Assembly: GCF_006345805.1 (NCBI RefSeq)
Contig: NC_042998.1
Span: forward strand, 100,192,001-100,256,000
Direction of reading: 5' to 3'
Origin: Octopus sinensis
Taxonomy: Eukaryota
Length of the DNA: 64,000 bases
How positions within the stretch are numbered: the first letter of the stretch is position 1; each line of letters begins with the position of its first letter. The notes under the pieces were generated by a model that was not told the DNA's origin, did not search any database, and saw nothing but the letters and a program-made list of their open reading frames with translations. Shown piece after piece: positions 13,606 through 28,436 of this stretch. Position numbers and translations under genes: made by a program.

Positions 13606-13820
13606 GGCAGCAAGCTGATAGAATCATTAGCAAGCTGGGCAAAATGCTTAGTGGTATTTCACCAGTAACTACATTCTGAGTTCAAATTCTGCCCAGATCA
13701 GCTTTGCCTTTCATCTTTTTAGGTTTGATAAAATAAGCACCAAGTTGACCATGGGGGTTAATGTAATCAACTAGCCCCTTCCCTTGAACATGTGGGTCTT
13801 GTGCCAAAATTTGAAATCAT
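13606..13820 (+). mobile_element. SINE family C copy
   Basis: gcagcaagctgatagaatcattagc...ctgagttcaaattctgcc...ctttgcctttcatc. Confidence 0.65.
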
Positions 13821-14254
13821 CATAATGGCAGTAGACTGGAGGAATCATTAAAGTGTTGGACAAAATGACTTGAAACAGTTATTCTTTACATTATGAACTG
13901 AAATATCACCAAGTCAACAGAGTACCAGTTAAGTATTGGAGTCAATTGTTTCAATTAATCCCTTCTCATCAAAATCGTTAACCTTGTACCTAAATCTAAA
14001 CCAAGGTAGTGAGCTGGCAGACTTGGCAGTGTAGGAATAAATGCTTTGTGGTATCTGTTTCAACACTAAGTTCTAAGTTCAAATCCTACTGATGCCAACT
14101 TTACAATTTATCCCTCCTGGGCCAATAAAATAAAGTACCTGTTAAGTACTGAGGTTCATTTAATTAACTAACCCCCTCTCCTCTCAGTCTGTGCTTTACA
14201 TTTAATAATTACTTCTGCTGAACAAAGACAAAACAAAAAGTTATGGGAGCAGTT

Positions 14255-14645
14255 GTGGCAGTGTTGATAGAAGCTTGCTTCCCAACCACATTGCTCTGGG
14301 TTCAGTCCCCTTGTGTGGCACCTTGGGCAGGAGTCTTCTACTGTAGCCTCAAGCTGACCAAAGCCTTGTTAGTGGATTTGGTAGATAGACACTGAAAGAA
14401 GCACGTCATATATATGTAAATATCTATGTGTGTGTTTGTCCCACACCCACTGCTTGACAACTGGTGCTGGTGTGTTCATGTGCTTGTAACTTAGCAGTTT
14501 GGCAAAACAAACTGAAATAATAATTACTAGGCTTTAAAGAAAAAGAAAAAAAAAGAAGTACTGCGGTCAATACATTTGACTAAAAATTCTTTAAGGCGGT
14601 GCCCCAGAATGGCTGAGGTGCAATGACTGAAGCAAGTAAAAGATA
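14255..14645 (-). mobile_element. Family A repeat copy, reverse
   Basis: Reverse complement of family A motifs (agtggatttggtaga..., gactgaagcaagtaaaagataaa). Confidence 0.65.
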
Positions 14646-15294
14646 AACAGATATTCTACTGAACAGTAGAAAAAGAAAGATAAATGAATGAAACAAATTA
14701 CTATATGATATATAAATAGATATTTCTCAAAATATACCAAAATATATTTTCGTGGGGAAGAACAGTATTTGAAACTACTCAATAATTTTATATACAGAAT
14801 ATCAAATTTAGGTTATAAATGAATCTAGAAACATTAAAATAAATGTGTGTGCTTGCATGTATGTGTTTATGTACACATGCATGTAAGTTTATATATGTAT
14901 ATGAGATGAGAACCTTGCAAACTGCATTGTAGGTTACTTGTCTAGGACAATAACTATGAATAAGAACTGACATGGGGCAGATAGGACTGTTTAGACCTGC
15001 TACAAATAATATTGAAATTAATAGAAATGAAAGTAATATACATATACAAAGTGAACGTATTAATAGTGAAACCCATTAAAACTGAAAGTATTATCTCACA
15101 TCACAATAGCGATGTTATTGTCCTACTTTTGACAAGTAATTTTGAAATAGTGTAAGAGATAAGAGATTGCTCTGAGCTCACATTAGGAAAGGAGTTGAAA
15201 ATTCTTTTGGTCCATGACACTGCATGGTCCCTAAGTAAGGCATTTATAAAATTTTAATGAAATTGGTTGGGTAGTTCTCGAGTTTTAGTGATGC

Positions 15295-15590
15295 ACAGAC
15301 ACACACACACACATATATACACACACACACATATATATATACACACACACACACACACATATATACACACACACATATATACACACACACATATATACAC
15401 ACACACACACACATATATATATACATACACACACACACATATATATATACATACACACATATATATATACATACACACATATATATACATACACACACAC
15501 ACATATATATACACACACACACACACACATACATACACACACACACATATACATACATACATACATATATATATACATACACACACACAT
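15295..15590. repeat. About 295-bp compound (CA)n/(TA)n microsatellite
   Basis: Read directly; source of the spurious VC/HT-rich ORFs. Confidence 0.95.
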
Positions 15591-15990
15591 CATCGTCATT
15601 TAACATCTGTTGTTCATGCTGGACGGTTTGACTAGGCTGGAAGGCTGCACCAGATTCCAGTCTGATTTGGCATGGTTTTCTATGGCTGGATGCTCTTCCT
15701 TATGCCAACCACTCCGAGAGTGTAATGGGTGCTTTTACGTGCCATTTGCATGACACTGGTATCTACCACGACTGCAATTTTGCTTGGATTGATGGGTCTT
15801 CTTCTCAAGCATGACATAATTCCAAAGGTCTGTCATTGCTTCCGTAAGGCCTAACACTCGAAAGGAACTCAGCCACTTTACCTTTGTAAGGCCCAACACT
15901 CGAAAGGTGTTCTTTTCATACCACCAGCACAGGTATCAGTTATCATGACTATGATTTCACTTGGCTTGACAGGTTTTCTCAAGCATAGCA
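15588..15990 (-). mobile_element. Family B copy, reverse
   Basis: catcatcgtcatttaac...ggctggatgctcttccttatgccaaccactccgagagtgtaatgggtgctttt. Confidence 0.7.
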
Positions 15991-17315
15991 CATCGCCAAA
16001 GGTCTCGGTCACAAACATACATACAAACTCTTGCCTCTGTGAGGCTCAAAGTTCGAAGATCATGCTTCACTACCTTGTCCCATGTGTCGCCAAGAAGGTG
16101 CAAGTAGAGAGTGGAGATTGTAGTGACGGGCAAAAACCTGGGTATAAAAATGGGGTGAGGGAAAGCAGCAATACAGTGAGCAGGGCAGTAAGAAGGAGAT
16201 TGGAAGACAATCATAGTTTATGAAGAGGAAATGTGAGGAAGAGAAAGATGCAGTTTAGAAGAGGGGATGTAGTTCAGTTTCTTGTGGTAGAGTGTGTGGA
16301 AAGTTTGCTGTTACTTGTGGGTGGGATACAATGCTTCTAGTGCTGTTTCGCTGATGTGGGCAGATCTCTAGAACCTCATACATACATACATACACATACA
16401 TATATATATCGTATGTGCATAATAAATATGTGTGTGTGTGTGTGAGCGTGCGCACAGTGAAAAGACAAAGTGAGAAAATATATCCAACATAAGCATAAGT
16501 TTTCCACGTTAGTCCATCAGTGGGAAATGACATTGTTTGAAATTCTTTGTTATATAAGTGCTGTAATGTGTAGTAGTTCCTGAAAAATGTTCCCATACAA
16601 ATTTTAAATGATTTTAAAACTTTAGTTCTTTGTAAGTAGACCACTTTGTTTGAAGTTTACACACAAAAAAGTTATATTGAGAATGATGGTATATTTGTTC
16701 CAAATAATTGTTTCATTTTATATCCATTTAATCATAACCCTATTTTGTGATAAACACAACACATGTATAATAAATGGGTAGTTGGGCTTAAGCCTATAGT
16801 TACTAACAGTATGCTGTATCAAAACCAAGCGGAAAAGGGTTTATTTAAAGAAATACTCTTTGTGAAATCACTTGACAAGACACTTCTGCACCGAGGCATG
16901 CACCACAACCAGTTGTAAAGTATCCCACCTACAAGGAATCGGTGCAGGGTGGAACGAAACAATCATTGTAAGCAATAAAGCTTCTCATATATCCCATTTT
17001 CTATCTCTATCATTTGTTATACGCGCACACACATACACACAGAGTGCAACCTTGCTTTATGAATTTACTAAACCTAAACTATTTTTCCCACAGGAAAGTC
17101 ACAGCAAATTTGACTAGTCGTGTGCACTGAGCAAAAGCTAGACAGCAACTGATACTCTTAGTTTGTTGTTAACTGTTGCTGTTGGCTTGCATGTTTGTTA
17201 CTCAAAATTGTTCATCATCCAAGAGGTTTTTTATGTTTGAAAAATTGTTCATAATCTCATTTGTTCATGATGAGAGACATTCATAAACACTGAAGTTCCA
17301 CTGTATGTATGTATG

Positions 17316-17362
<47 letters not shown>

Positions 17363-18803
17363 AATGATGTTTATCTTTAAACATTTATGTATGTGTACAA
17401 GACAGCATATGCGTATCTATGGATCCACAAGTAATAACTTGTGTGTGATGGTGCCACATAATGAGAACTGGTGCTGGTCCTACATAAAAAGCATCCTGTA
17501 CACTCTGTAAAGTGGTTGGCATTAGGAAGGGCATCCAGCTGTAGAAACCAAGTCAAAACAGACAAAGCAACCTGGTGCAGCCCCTGTCAAACCATCCAAC
17601 CCATGCCAGTATGGAAAATGAACATTAAATGATTTTGTTACCCTTGCAGCATATTTAGAAGTAATGATAATAATTATTATTGCTGGTGGAGGTGGTGGTG
17701 GTGGTATTGACATATGGCACAAACAACTGTGTCTTGTAGCATATGGTTATGGTTTTTGTATGTGTTGAGTTCAAATCCCATTGAGGCCAACTGTAACTTT
17801 TAATCCTCTAAGGATGATTACATACCAGTGATATATTGAGAATAAATTTGTGGGCTTGTGCCAAAGTTAGAAATCACTTTTTTTTCATTATTTGTGTTAG
17901 AAGTTGTCTTTAAGTGGAAAAAGCTATTATCTTAAAAGTTCAGTTTTCATTATAAATGGAATAAAATAAATCAATAATACATTTAATTAAAGTAGTACTA
18001 CAAAAACTACAATATAACCTAAGTGTAGCAATTATGTGTGAGTATGTGTAAAGGTCTAATTATAACTGTTAAGACACCACCCTCAAAACTAATACTGACC
18101 TTGGTGAGAAAAAAAACCCCAAAACATACAATACTTCTTTCATTGCTTGGCCTAGTTTTTGCCAATATAAATACCAAATTATAGTTTAAAGAGACAGGCA
18201 CAGAAAGAAAAGAAGGGAAAAACAGAACAAAAAAAATCTCTGACTTTTAACTTACATTAAGGCATTTCCACTAAATATGTCTATATTGCTAACAGGAAGC
18301 AATGAAACACTTGTACTGATAGGAAAGATGATAACAAGAGGAATTAGTCAAAATGATGTAAAAGAAGTTTTCCAGGAAAAGTTCTCAGATAGCAAACAAA
18401 TGAAAGTTATATAGTGCACTTCAAAATATAAAATATCCTGTTTCTCTTACTTTCCAGTTCCTACTTTCACATATGCTACATCACCAGACACACTAGATAA
18501 ATACCAAAATAAATGCTTTATTGTTGAGCACTTGTATTTTTCTTTTATCAACAGGATCAAGTTCGTGATAAATTTTAAAAAGATATAATGGTCAAAAACT
18601 TAGCTGCTGTTTATCTGAAGGAGTTAACAGGCAAAGCAGAGAAAAAGGATCTTGTAAAAATTTTTGTCATAGTATAAAACCAAACAGTTTAGGAAGTCAC
18701 TTCTTTTGAAAATGGTAATTTAGTCCATTAGTCTAAGAAAATAGTGACCACATCCATTCCAGGCCCTCTCAAGTGAGAAAATAAGGACACTTTATTGATG
18801 TTA

Positions 18804-19015
18804 TTAACCCTTTAGCATTTAGGTTAGCCATATCTGATCAAATACTCTCCCTGTTTTATGTTCAGGCTGGCCAAGTCCAACCTATCGCACCTACTCAATA
18901 ATCTCATTCTAAATATTATCACATCCTTGAAATCTTGAAGCTATGAGGTAATCTATGATTAATTCTAAGCAATGTGAATAAATAAGACAGAGTAATCTGA
19001 ATGCTAAAGAGTTAA
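18804..19015 (+). mobile_element. piggyBac-like MITE (TTAA-CCCTTTAG ... CTAAAGRG-TTAA)
   Basis: TTAA flanks, short TIRs, homologous to copies at 20566, 30364 and 49230. Confidence 0.7.
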
Positions 19016-20565
19016 TAAGGAGGCCATTGAATTAACAGAATTGATAGAGCATCAGACAAATTGAATTGTAGTACTGAGTAATGTCACTTTAGATTCTGAG
19101 TTCAAATCACATGAAGTTGACTTTTCTCTTGATCCTTACAAATAATTCTGTCATAAACTGAGGTCAATATAATTGACTGCACATATCTTTAGAATGTGTA
19201 GCCTTGAGTCTAAGAAACATATATAGTTAGAGTTCAATTTGAACTGTTACCCGAGCAAGAAATCATGAATAGAGGTTCCACAAAGCTAGCTCTATTCTGA
19301 GCTGACAACACTAATACATTTAAAAAAAAATTTGCATGAGAGACTTGGCCCATCAGTTATGGCCTCCTTTAATACACTAACTTTGCCCTTGCAGCTAATG
19401 CTCATAATACTGTTGTGTTGATAATTTAGAATAACATTCCTGCATTATCAGACCAATTAAAGGAGTAATTAGCATACACATAACCTTGCCCTACTTAAAT
19501 ATCTCAGCAAGAATCCCTGGTAGACCCATGTTAGATTGTTCTATTTGATAATTCAATTAGCAGAATTCCAAAATATTTGATTTCTCTCCCTTTCTTGTAC
19601 CATGGTCATAGCCACCATCAGACTAGTGTACCTGTTTTGGTGTTTTCCCAGCATGACAAAATTCCAATGGTAACATTATCCATTATTAATTATAGAGGTA
19701 ACCTCTACAAATTCCACATAATACTGCTCAGTTTTGCTTATCAATTAGTTCTACTTATGGAAGATAGTCAAAAATTACAGATGCAAGAATTTTGCTAATT
19801 GGTAGTTTCTTATTGTCTTAAATTGAATCTGATGTGCATTATCAGGTTAATGTAGTCCTTGATACACTATATAAAAAAAAAAAAACCTGTATATGATGAT
19901 CATGACTTCAACTCTTTTGATCATGTCTGTTGAACCAGGGCTCACCTGGGGCTAAACAATAACTGCCTGCAGCTATCTGCTTCCCTATTAAGAATATATT
20001 TATACCATCAATACTAGATTTCTTGCTTATTCAGAGGAATTTGTACATGTTTCTTTGTGGTGTGGAATCTTTTAAGTACCTCTCACCTTACTAAATCTAT
20101 CTTCTACTGTGCCGTCGTTGGCAGTGGTGGAGCAATGTTCCCTCTAATCTTTTGCTGGGGTTGGGTGCTCACTAACATTACTTGATAGTGTGTGTAACCT
20201 GAAGATCAAGGAACCTTTCTAGGTCAAGCCACTATTTTGCCTTGAAAGGTTACAACTCTGATACTATGGACATGTGATTAAAATGTTATGAGAATGTGTG
20301 CATCCATGCAAGTAACCATCTCCATTTAAAAAAATAGTTTCATTTTGGAAACTTTGTGTATATACATCATTTTTTAATCTTTTTAAGTGCTAGTTGTAAA
20401 ATGGGTCCACTAGCACACAACTAATAGGGAACATTGTTGTGGAATGACACCTGACAATACACATAACAGGTATCAGCCTAGCTAATTTTGTTAGAGTTAC
20501 GAGTGAATGCACTGAGCTGTATGATTAGATTTTAGCACAAAGCGCATCTTCTCTAAATATCAATA

Positions 20566-20792
20566 TTAACCCTTTAGTGTTTAAACCGGCCATATCTGGC
20601 CCAAACATTCCACATATTTTATATTCAAACTGGCGATATCTAGCTTCTCACACCTAACCTACATTGACATTCTAAAAATAAACAATCACATCATTGAAAC
20701 TTCAAAGCTATAAGATAATGCATGATTAATTCAAAATAATTTGAGTAAAAAAATATTACATTTAACAGAGTAATCTGAACACTAAAAGGTTT
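20566..20792 (+). mobile_element. piggyBac-like MITE copy
   Basis: ttaaccctttagtgtttaaaccggccatatc...cactaaaaggttt; same family as 18804. Confidence 0.7.
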
Positions 20793-23700
20793 GCTGCTTG
20801 CCTAGATGAATTTCCTTCATTGCAACTTCTAAAACTGTCTTTCCTAGGAATCAAAAGAGAAATCAGCTTCTTTGGAGTACCAATTTCCTACATTGTCAAG
20901 CAGCAATGATATTGGGCATTGCAAAACCTAATCATGGGATGAACTTTAAACATTACAGAAACCCATGAATCTACAAAATAGATACTAATGAGAAAATATC
21001 ACAGTACATAGGTAAACAAAATAGATCAGTGATTACAGATAGAACTCAGATAATGACTAAATATAGAATCTCTTTCTCTCTCTCTCATACACACATGTAT
21101 ATTTGGTTGCACATCATCACCTGAACAAATTACACATATGTGAAACATACATTTCAGTGGTAATAGAGTAAAGATTCCTCAGCTTTGAAAGAATACTATA
21201 TCCTAGTGTGTACATATGTGGAATATCAAACATTGTGAGAATGTAGAGTCATTTTTGGAAAATATAAGAATTCAGTAAATTCTAGATATTTTATTAATAA
21301 TGAGGAAGAATATCAAATGTGATGTAAAGTTTAAGAATTTTGAAAAAAAATCCCCAAACTTTCATATGGTTTCATTTTTCATTCTCAAGATTAGTCATCA
21401 CTTAGAAGAATTCCTTCTGGCCAAAACCATACAGATAACACTTCAATCTGTTTTGCAGGAATTGCTTTAAAGAATATAGATTCCTCAGGAATTACCATAA
21501 AGAATATAGATTATCTAGAAACAGTCATATCAAAAGAATTAGTCACCATTCATGTTATCAGGGTTGTCTAGAAATCTAGAAGATACAGACAAGCTGTGTT
21601 GCCTAGATAACTCAATGCTACCGTTAGGTCTGGTATTAAGTAGTTAGAGTCAACAGTAACAGGGAAATGTTATCAAAAGCCTGTACCAGCAACACTGTAA
21701 TTTACTTAATATAATACAGACAGACAAATAGATGATGATGTAAATCTTCAACCATAGGACACTAATAGTTTAGAAATTATCATCCATGTTTAACCCCTTG
21801 ATACGAACCTGCTTCTGACTGCTACTCATTCTCTGATACAAAATGGCTTTTTCTTTCCTGAAGCTCATATTTAAAGTAATACCCTATCATAATTTTATGT
21901 ACAACCCTTTTTGTAACATTAACACATAGAGGCTCTAATGTTGGCTTGTGGAAATTTTCATTTACTGACTCAGTATGATGTTTTGATGGCAATTTAACTG
22001 CACTTGTAACACTGGAGGGTGGGGAGAGAAGGAAAGAAACAAAAAGCTGTGTTACCAATTATTATTGAATCTACTTGCTTTTACTCTGAAGTGTGATACT
22101 TTACCATACAAAATAGTCTGTAATTTAATAATATACAAGATTTTGACATGAGCTTAAACTAAGTGTATGTTACCTTAAGCAGGAGATAGCATCTCATTTT
22201 GGCAAGGTAAAAAACCAGATTAAAACTGTTCTGTAGCATACCCATATACTTATTACAACCATGAAAAAGGACAAAAAAAAAAACAACAACAATAAAAACA
22301 ATGAAAGAACTCTCAATATCACTTTAAACACCAATGTTGAAAGTAGCTCTTTTCAGATAAGTTCCAATTGAAAACTATACAGAAATTCATGTTTTGAATT
22401 TTTCTATATAAAATGAAAGCAACAAATGTCTGGAATATAGAGCCTAGATTCAATAGAATTTTAATTTTTTTTTTTTTTTGGTTTTGTTTAAAAAGGAAAA
22501 AGAATTCCAGCAGAGAAAACTTTCAAACAGAAGTTTTAATAAAACTAAAACATATCCAAAGTTCTGTACTTGCCAGAATAATTTTTTAAAAATCAAGTCA
22601 TTGATGACTAATACTACACTGCGTAATTATTTCTCATTAGATTTTTGACAGTTGCTGCATTAGATATATTAACACTAACATCGTTTGTTTTTTTTTTCCT
22701 ATGCAGATAGCTTCTCTGACTAATTTAACTGAGTAATTTATTCTCAAATATCCTGTTCTTAAACTATAATTGGCTGAATACTTTAACAAAATACCTAGCA
22801 AAACAAACTAACAGCAGTATAATAATGAGGTTTCAGCTTCTACATAACATATCTTTGTACATGCTTCAAACGGACAACCTTTCCATTTGTTTGATGACCA
22901 TTTTTCCATGCTAGCATAGCTTGGTCAAGAAATGATTTTGAGGTAGGATTTTACAGCCAGTTGCCTTCCTGTTGCTAATCCATACCCAATTTTCAAGAAG
23001 GGGATTCTTATATTCCACAGATTTTTGAATATGCGGATTAACCAGTCATACACAATGTCAACATAGTAACATAGAATATAAACATCACCATCATTTTGCT
23101 CAAATGTTGAAAAGAGAAGTATCAACATTTACATGTGCACACACACTTTTCCATGCTGCAGAGGTCATTGAAGGAGGATTTCTATGGTCAGATGCTTTTC
23201 CTGTCACTAATCCTCGCCTGTTTCCAAATAAGGTGAACATTTCTCCATAGTTAGACATGTTTTCATAGATGAAATAAATGGGACAGCTTATATGACAGTA
23301 AAACTCATTTACTTATTGCATGATGTCAAAACAAGGATGCATAAACACACACACATATGATGGGCGTCTTTCAGTTTCTGTTTACTATATCCACGCACAA
23401 GGCTTTGATTGGCTCAAGGCTATAGCAGAAAACATATGCTCAAGGTGTCACACAGTGGAACTGAATCTGAAAGCTTGTGGTTGGGAAGCAAGCTTCTTAA
23501 TCACACACATAGGCATGTGCCCTACATATGAAGGTTAGCAGGCCATAACTTCAAAGTCTTCTTGTAAAAGTATAATACACACACACACACACACACGGCA
23601 GGCGTACTAGTTTCTATCTCACAAGATTCACTCACAAGGCATGTGCCAAAGTACCACTGAGTGGGACTGAACCTAAAACCAAATGGCAGTGAAGCAAAAC

Positions 23701-25048
23701 TCTTAACCACACAGCCATTTCTGTGCCTAGCCAAACCTGCACCTACATTACACAATAATAATACTTGTTGTAAAGCATGTAACAACTTAGGAGTAAATTA
23801 CATGCTTTAACAATTTACACAACATCCAAAAATTAAGACCTGTCTCACATAATGAAACAGATACAGAAACATTTAAAATTACTATGCACAGTTTTGATCC
23901 AGATTAAGCTGTTACTTCTCTGCATTGAGATATCACAGCTCCAGTACTATGGACATGTGATTAGAATGTCACAGGAGACCTAGAGGTAAACCAAGAACAA
24001 GGTAATTGAATAATATCTAGTCTCAGCTGGTCATATTTGGGAGCCCAGCCAGAAAGTATGTCAGTTACATATGACAGGACCCTGTAGTAGAGGCATCTGA
24101 GGACTGCCTCCAATGACCTTCCAGGAAATAGTGAGCAGAGAAGATGGATGGATACACAGCTTAAATTTATGAAGAATATTCTACTACTGAGAGCACAATG
24201 TCTTATAATCAATCATGTGAAGATGACAACTGTTGAAGTACTGAGCACAAGTAACTCAGTATAAATAAAAAAAAAAAAAGGAATGCATGATCCAAACTAA
24301 AACTTGAGACATCAGAAGTATTTTCCAAATTGCTTGAAAAAGATGAAGATTAAAAAAAAAACTTACTTTGATACAGATAGAATTCATATTCATGAAATGA
24401 AAATTTGCCATAACTCAGTTTTTGTGCAATTTATATGGAAGTAATTAACTGATGTGAGCTTAAAATCAGGGGTAGCATGCCTATGTCCTATATTTGGTTC
24501 ACTGGAGTCTGCCTTTAAAATATCAGTGTTTTTAGACAGATAACCTTTCAATGAAGATGGTTCAATGAAATATATGAATGCTTTAAAATGCAAGTTGCAA
24601 AATAAAACGATATAGAAAAATATAGAGAAAAATATGGATACGTGGAATGAAATAAAACAGAAAGGAACTGATAGTGAAAGAAAATAAAACAGAAAGAAGA
24701 AAACAAAACAGATGAGAACAATGTAATATTAGATTATTAATTTTGCAAAAGATTCGAAGATATATTGGAGTGGGGTGTGCATGTGTATGAAAGAGAGAGA
24801 TAGTGAGTGTGTGTGTGTATGTGTACATGAACTAATTATAGATGATATATAGAGGTATATCGATGTTAATGTTGAATGAATTTAGTAAAAGTTTAAAGAG
24901 AATAACATTAGAAAGACTATTGATCTCTCTCTTGGTAAAAGAATGAAGTTGGGGAAAAGGACAGAGAAAAGTCAAGACAGAGAGAGATAAAGAGTAAGAA
25001 CAAGAGAAAGTATATGTAATATATACATATGAATGTAGTCACACCTAC

Positions 25049-25089
<41 letters not shown>

Positions 25090-26199
25090 TAACTGTTGTT
25101 TTAATGCAGGGTAGGGAAACATTTTCATGCAGCGGGAAAACAATTTCCAAAGAAAAAGGTCCTCAGGCAGATCACAAGTTCTACCTCTTACATCTGTGTA
25201 AATCTTGTATTGACATACATTAATAAAGATAAATTTAACACATTAAATTAACGCCTAACATCTTCATTAACACCACCACTGAATTTAGGACGTTTATATT
25301 ACTTGCCCATGAGGTAATCTATATTTTTCAGCAAATGTAGTTGAGTCTCAAGGGGGTGGTACAAACCTAATAAGTGTTTTATAGTTGAAACCAAAATTTC
25401 TATTCAAATGGCAATTACCAGACAATTTTCTGTTCGAGTCCGTTTTAAGTCATGGTAGAAACGCGACCTATATCAAAAATAGGCATCGGAATATTGTACA
25501 AATTTTATAATTGAAAAATTTGCTATATTTTGTACATACGAATATACCAGCCTGCGGGTCCAATAAAATGGGTCGCAGGTGCAATTGCACACACAAGCTG
25601 GGGTTTCCCTCATCCCTGTTTTAATGTCTACTTTTCTATGCTAGCAAGGATTAAATGAGACTACAGCAGGGCAGAGTATTTTAAGATTAGATGCCCTTCT
25701 TGACATCAACCCTCACTCGTTTCGAAGCAAGATAATAATCCTCCAGTCTATCAAACAATGGTTATGGGGAAAACTGAAAACAAACATTTAAATGAGCCTT
25801 TTGATTACAAAGATTGTGCAACATGTTCAGATATGTAAAGAAGCCTTGACTTGATTTTCCTGGAGGACTGCTAACAAACAATGATATCTACATTTTAGTT
25901 TAAAATCAGCCAACACAAGTGAAGACAAGGGGGAAATACAAATTAAATCAAAGGCTCCTTGGCTTTTGAAGGCACACAAATATTTACATACACACATATA
26001 AACACAAACGTTTACATACATCTTTTATCTTTTACTTGTTCCAATCATGCTGGGGTACCACCTTGAAGTCTTTTTTGGTTGAATGAATCAACCCTGGTAC
26101 TTATTCTATTGGTCTCTTTTTTGAACCGTTAAGTTATGGGGAAAAACACACTAACACTGGTTGTGGGAGACAGACACAAACACAGACACACACAATGGG

Positions 26200-26902
26200 C
26201 TTTCAGTTGCTCCTGCAACTCTTCTGGACAGTCTCCTTGTTTAAGTTGGTGAATGCTGCCATAATCCTTGTATTCAGTTTATCTTTGGTGTTACAAAGAG
26301 TTTTGTTGGTCTCTCCCTCAACTACACCCCACACATAATAATCAAGGGAGTTGCAGTCTGGGGAGTTAGGTGACCAGATGTTAAGGGTAGTGTGGTCGCA
26401 GAAATTGTCTGACAGTCATGACTGGGTTCTCCTGCTTGTGTGGTATGGTGCAGAGTCCAGTTGCCAGACATAGGGTCTTCAAGCAGCCACTCTCTTCATC
26501 CAGGGCAGCACTACCTCCTCCAGGCACTTGATGTAGGTCCCCATGTTGAGTCTGAGGCCATGTGGGAAGATGAATGGAGGCATAACGTTGCTATCACTAG
26601 TGATCACTCCAAACACCATGATATTGACTGGATGTTTGATCTTTATCACTCCCCATATATGTCCTCAGACTGACACCCAAACACTCTGAAATGTTCATAT
26701 TGGAGCTTCCGGTGCGAATGCCAAGCAATACAGCATGTCATTACCAAATTTCTGGCAGAGTGAATTGCGCCAATGTGCCATTTTTCTCACAGACGGTGCC
26801 CAACTGACCCTACTATACTGCAGAGTCAACAAAATCAAAAACAATGCACTTGCATGAAATTAAAAATATAAAATGGCGACAATTTATCCATTGTCCCCTG
26901 TA
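26200..26902 (-). mobile_element. Decayed Tc1/mariner transposase, DD37D (maT-like), internally deleted
   Basis: IKHPVNIMVFGVITSD..PPFIFPHGLRLN..VVLPW..RPYVWQLDSAPYHTS..IWSPNS(PDCN)PLD with stops and a frameshift. 37 residues lie between the second and third Asp; the element ends at TA 26901-26902. Confidence 0.85.
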
Positions 26903-27737
26903 TGTGTGTGTATATATGTATATATTTCATTCATTCAAATAAATACATATCATCATCATTTCAATGTCTACCTTTCCATGCTGGCTTGGGTCAGATCAGA
27001 GTTTGTTGTGGCAGAATATTCATTCTATAACCAGATGACCTTGTCGCTAACACCCATTTGTTTTAAAGTTGGAGAAGTGGGGGTGGGGGGTGGGCTAATA
27101 ATCTCCCACTCTATTGAACAACAAGCTGAGTATTTTTACATGGAGAACTGGCAGCAAAGAAATACTGTAGCGTTGAGCCTTTTGTTTACAAAGTTTGTGC
27201 AACACATCAAAACAGGTGAGGAGGCCTGGATACGATTTCAGAGTAGACTAGAAGCAAACGACACTTAGTAAAAGCAATTGTTTATAATCAGTTAAGGGAA
27301 CACATGTAGATGAGGGCAATATTAATTCACACACACATATTTAAGTAGAGACATAAAAAAAACAACAGGTGCAAGGAATGTATGTATATAAAAAAAAAGG
27401 TGCATATTACAAATTATATGATGTAATCAAGCCTTCTCTATTCAGCTGTTCTGGATGATTGATGGTTGGCTAATATAACAATACAGATATCCACACACAC
27501 ACACACACACACACAATTCCAAACAAGTATAATTATGAAATCTACAGTCCTGATAAAATTCATAATCCAGGGAAGCAAACCTGGAGTTACCTGTCAGAAA
27601 AATTACAGCTTAATTACTAATACCAAGCAAGCATTGACACCTATTACTATGTGATGCAGTTAGCCATAACCTGAAGTATACCTGAGAGCTACCACAGTAC
27701 CTGCCTGGATTACTTTATCTCTATACATTCACTATAT

Positions 27738-27796
<59 letters not shown>

Positions 27797-28270
27797 GACA
27801 GACAGTTATTTGAAACAAAATAAAAAAAAATACCTAGACTAACAATGGCTGCCATGGTGATGAGACTTAATTAGATCAGGTGAGCAGATGAAGAAAACAG
27901 TATGAAGTCTGTCAAATGCCAGGCATAATTACAGAAACATATAATTCAGAACGAATTCTTCAATGAGTTTTAGTACAGTGAGATGTCGAAGAGAATGAAA
28001 AAGGGATGAAACAGTGATGTATACTTGAAATTACTCTGGTAGGGATGTTGAAGAGCAACAATATGGAGTTGAAGCTATCAGCACACATTGATATAAGACT
28101 TCAGTGTATGTATGTACATATTTGAGAGAGAGAGAGAGAGAGTGTGTGTGTGTGTGTTGTGGTGTATAGCTGCTGATTGCAATGTAAATGTTATTGTAAT
28201 GTTATACAGTACAATAACATTCACAGTTATACAGTAGGGGCTTTGGATGTAGCAAGTTATGGCATTATGG

Positions 28271-28436
28271 TAAGAGTCGAAGTTGTTGATGTAGTGCATC
28301 GTGACTATTGTAGAGTCAGAGCTGTGAATGTAGTGAGTCATAACATTATAGTAGACTCAGAGTTATTGGTATAGCAAGTCATGACCACTGCAGAATCAGA
28401 TTTACTGATGCAGTGAGTCACTTGTTATAGAGTCAA
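28271..28436. repeat. Degenerate minisatellite, about 40-bp unit, about 4 copies
   Basis: Units start tagagtcagag/tagactcagag/cagaatcagat and contain gtagtgagtca-like cores. Confidence 0.6.

Noticed and set aside
15244-15635. Four overlapping 100-122 aa ORFs (VC-rich and HT-rich)
   Set aside because: They are translations of a compound CA/TA microsatellite, with no splice or homology support.
25210-25600. Small CpG-rich patch with gcctgcgggtcc...gggtcgcagg
   Set aside because: Probably a young DNA-transposon fragment, but termini could not be defined, so no call was made.
28271-28436. Spaced repeats that might suggest a CRISPR-like array
   Set aside because: Eukaryotic context, degenerate contiguous units and no unique spacers or cas genes.
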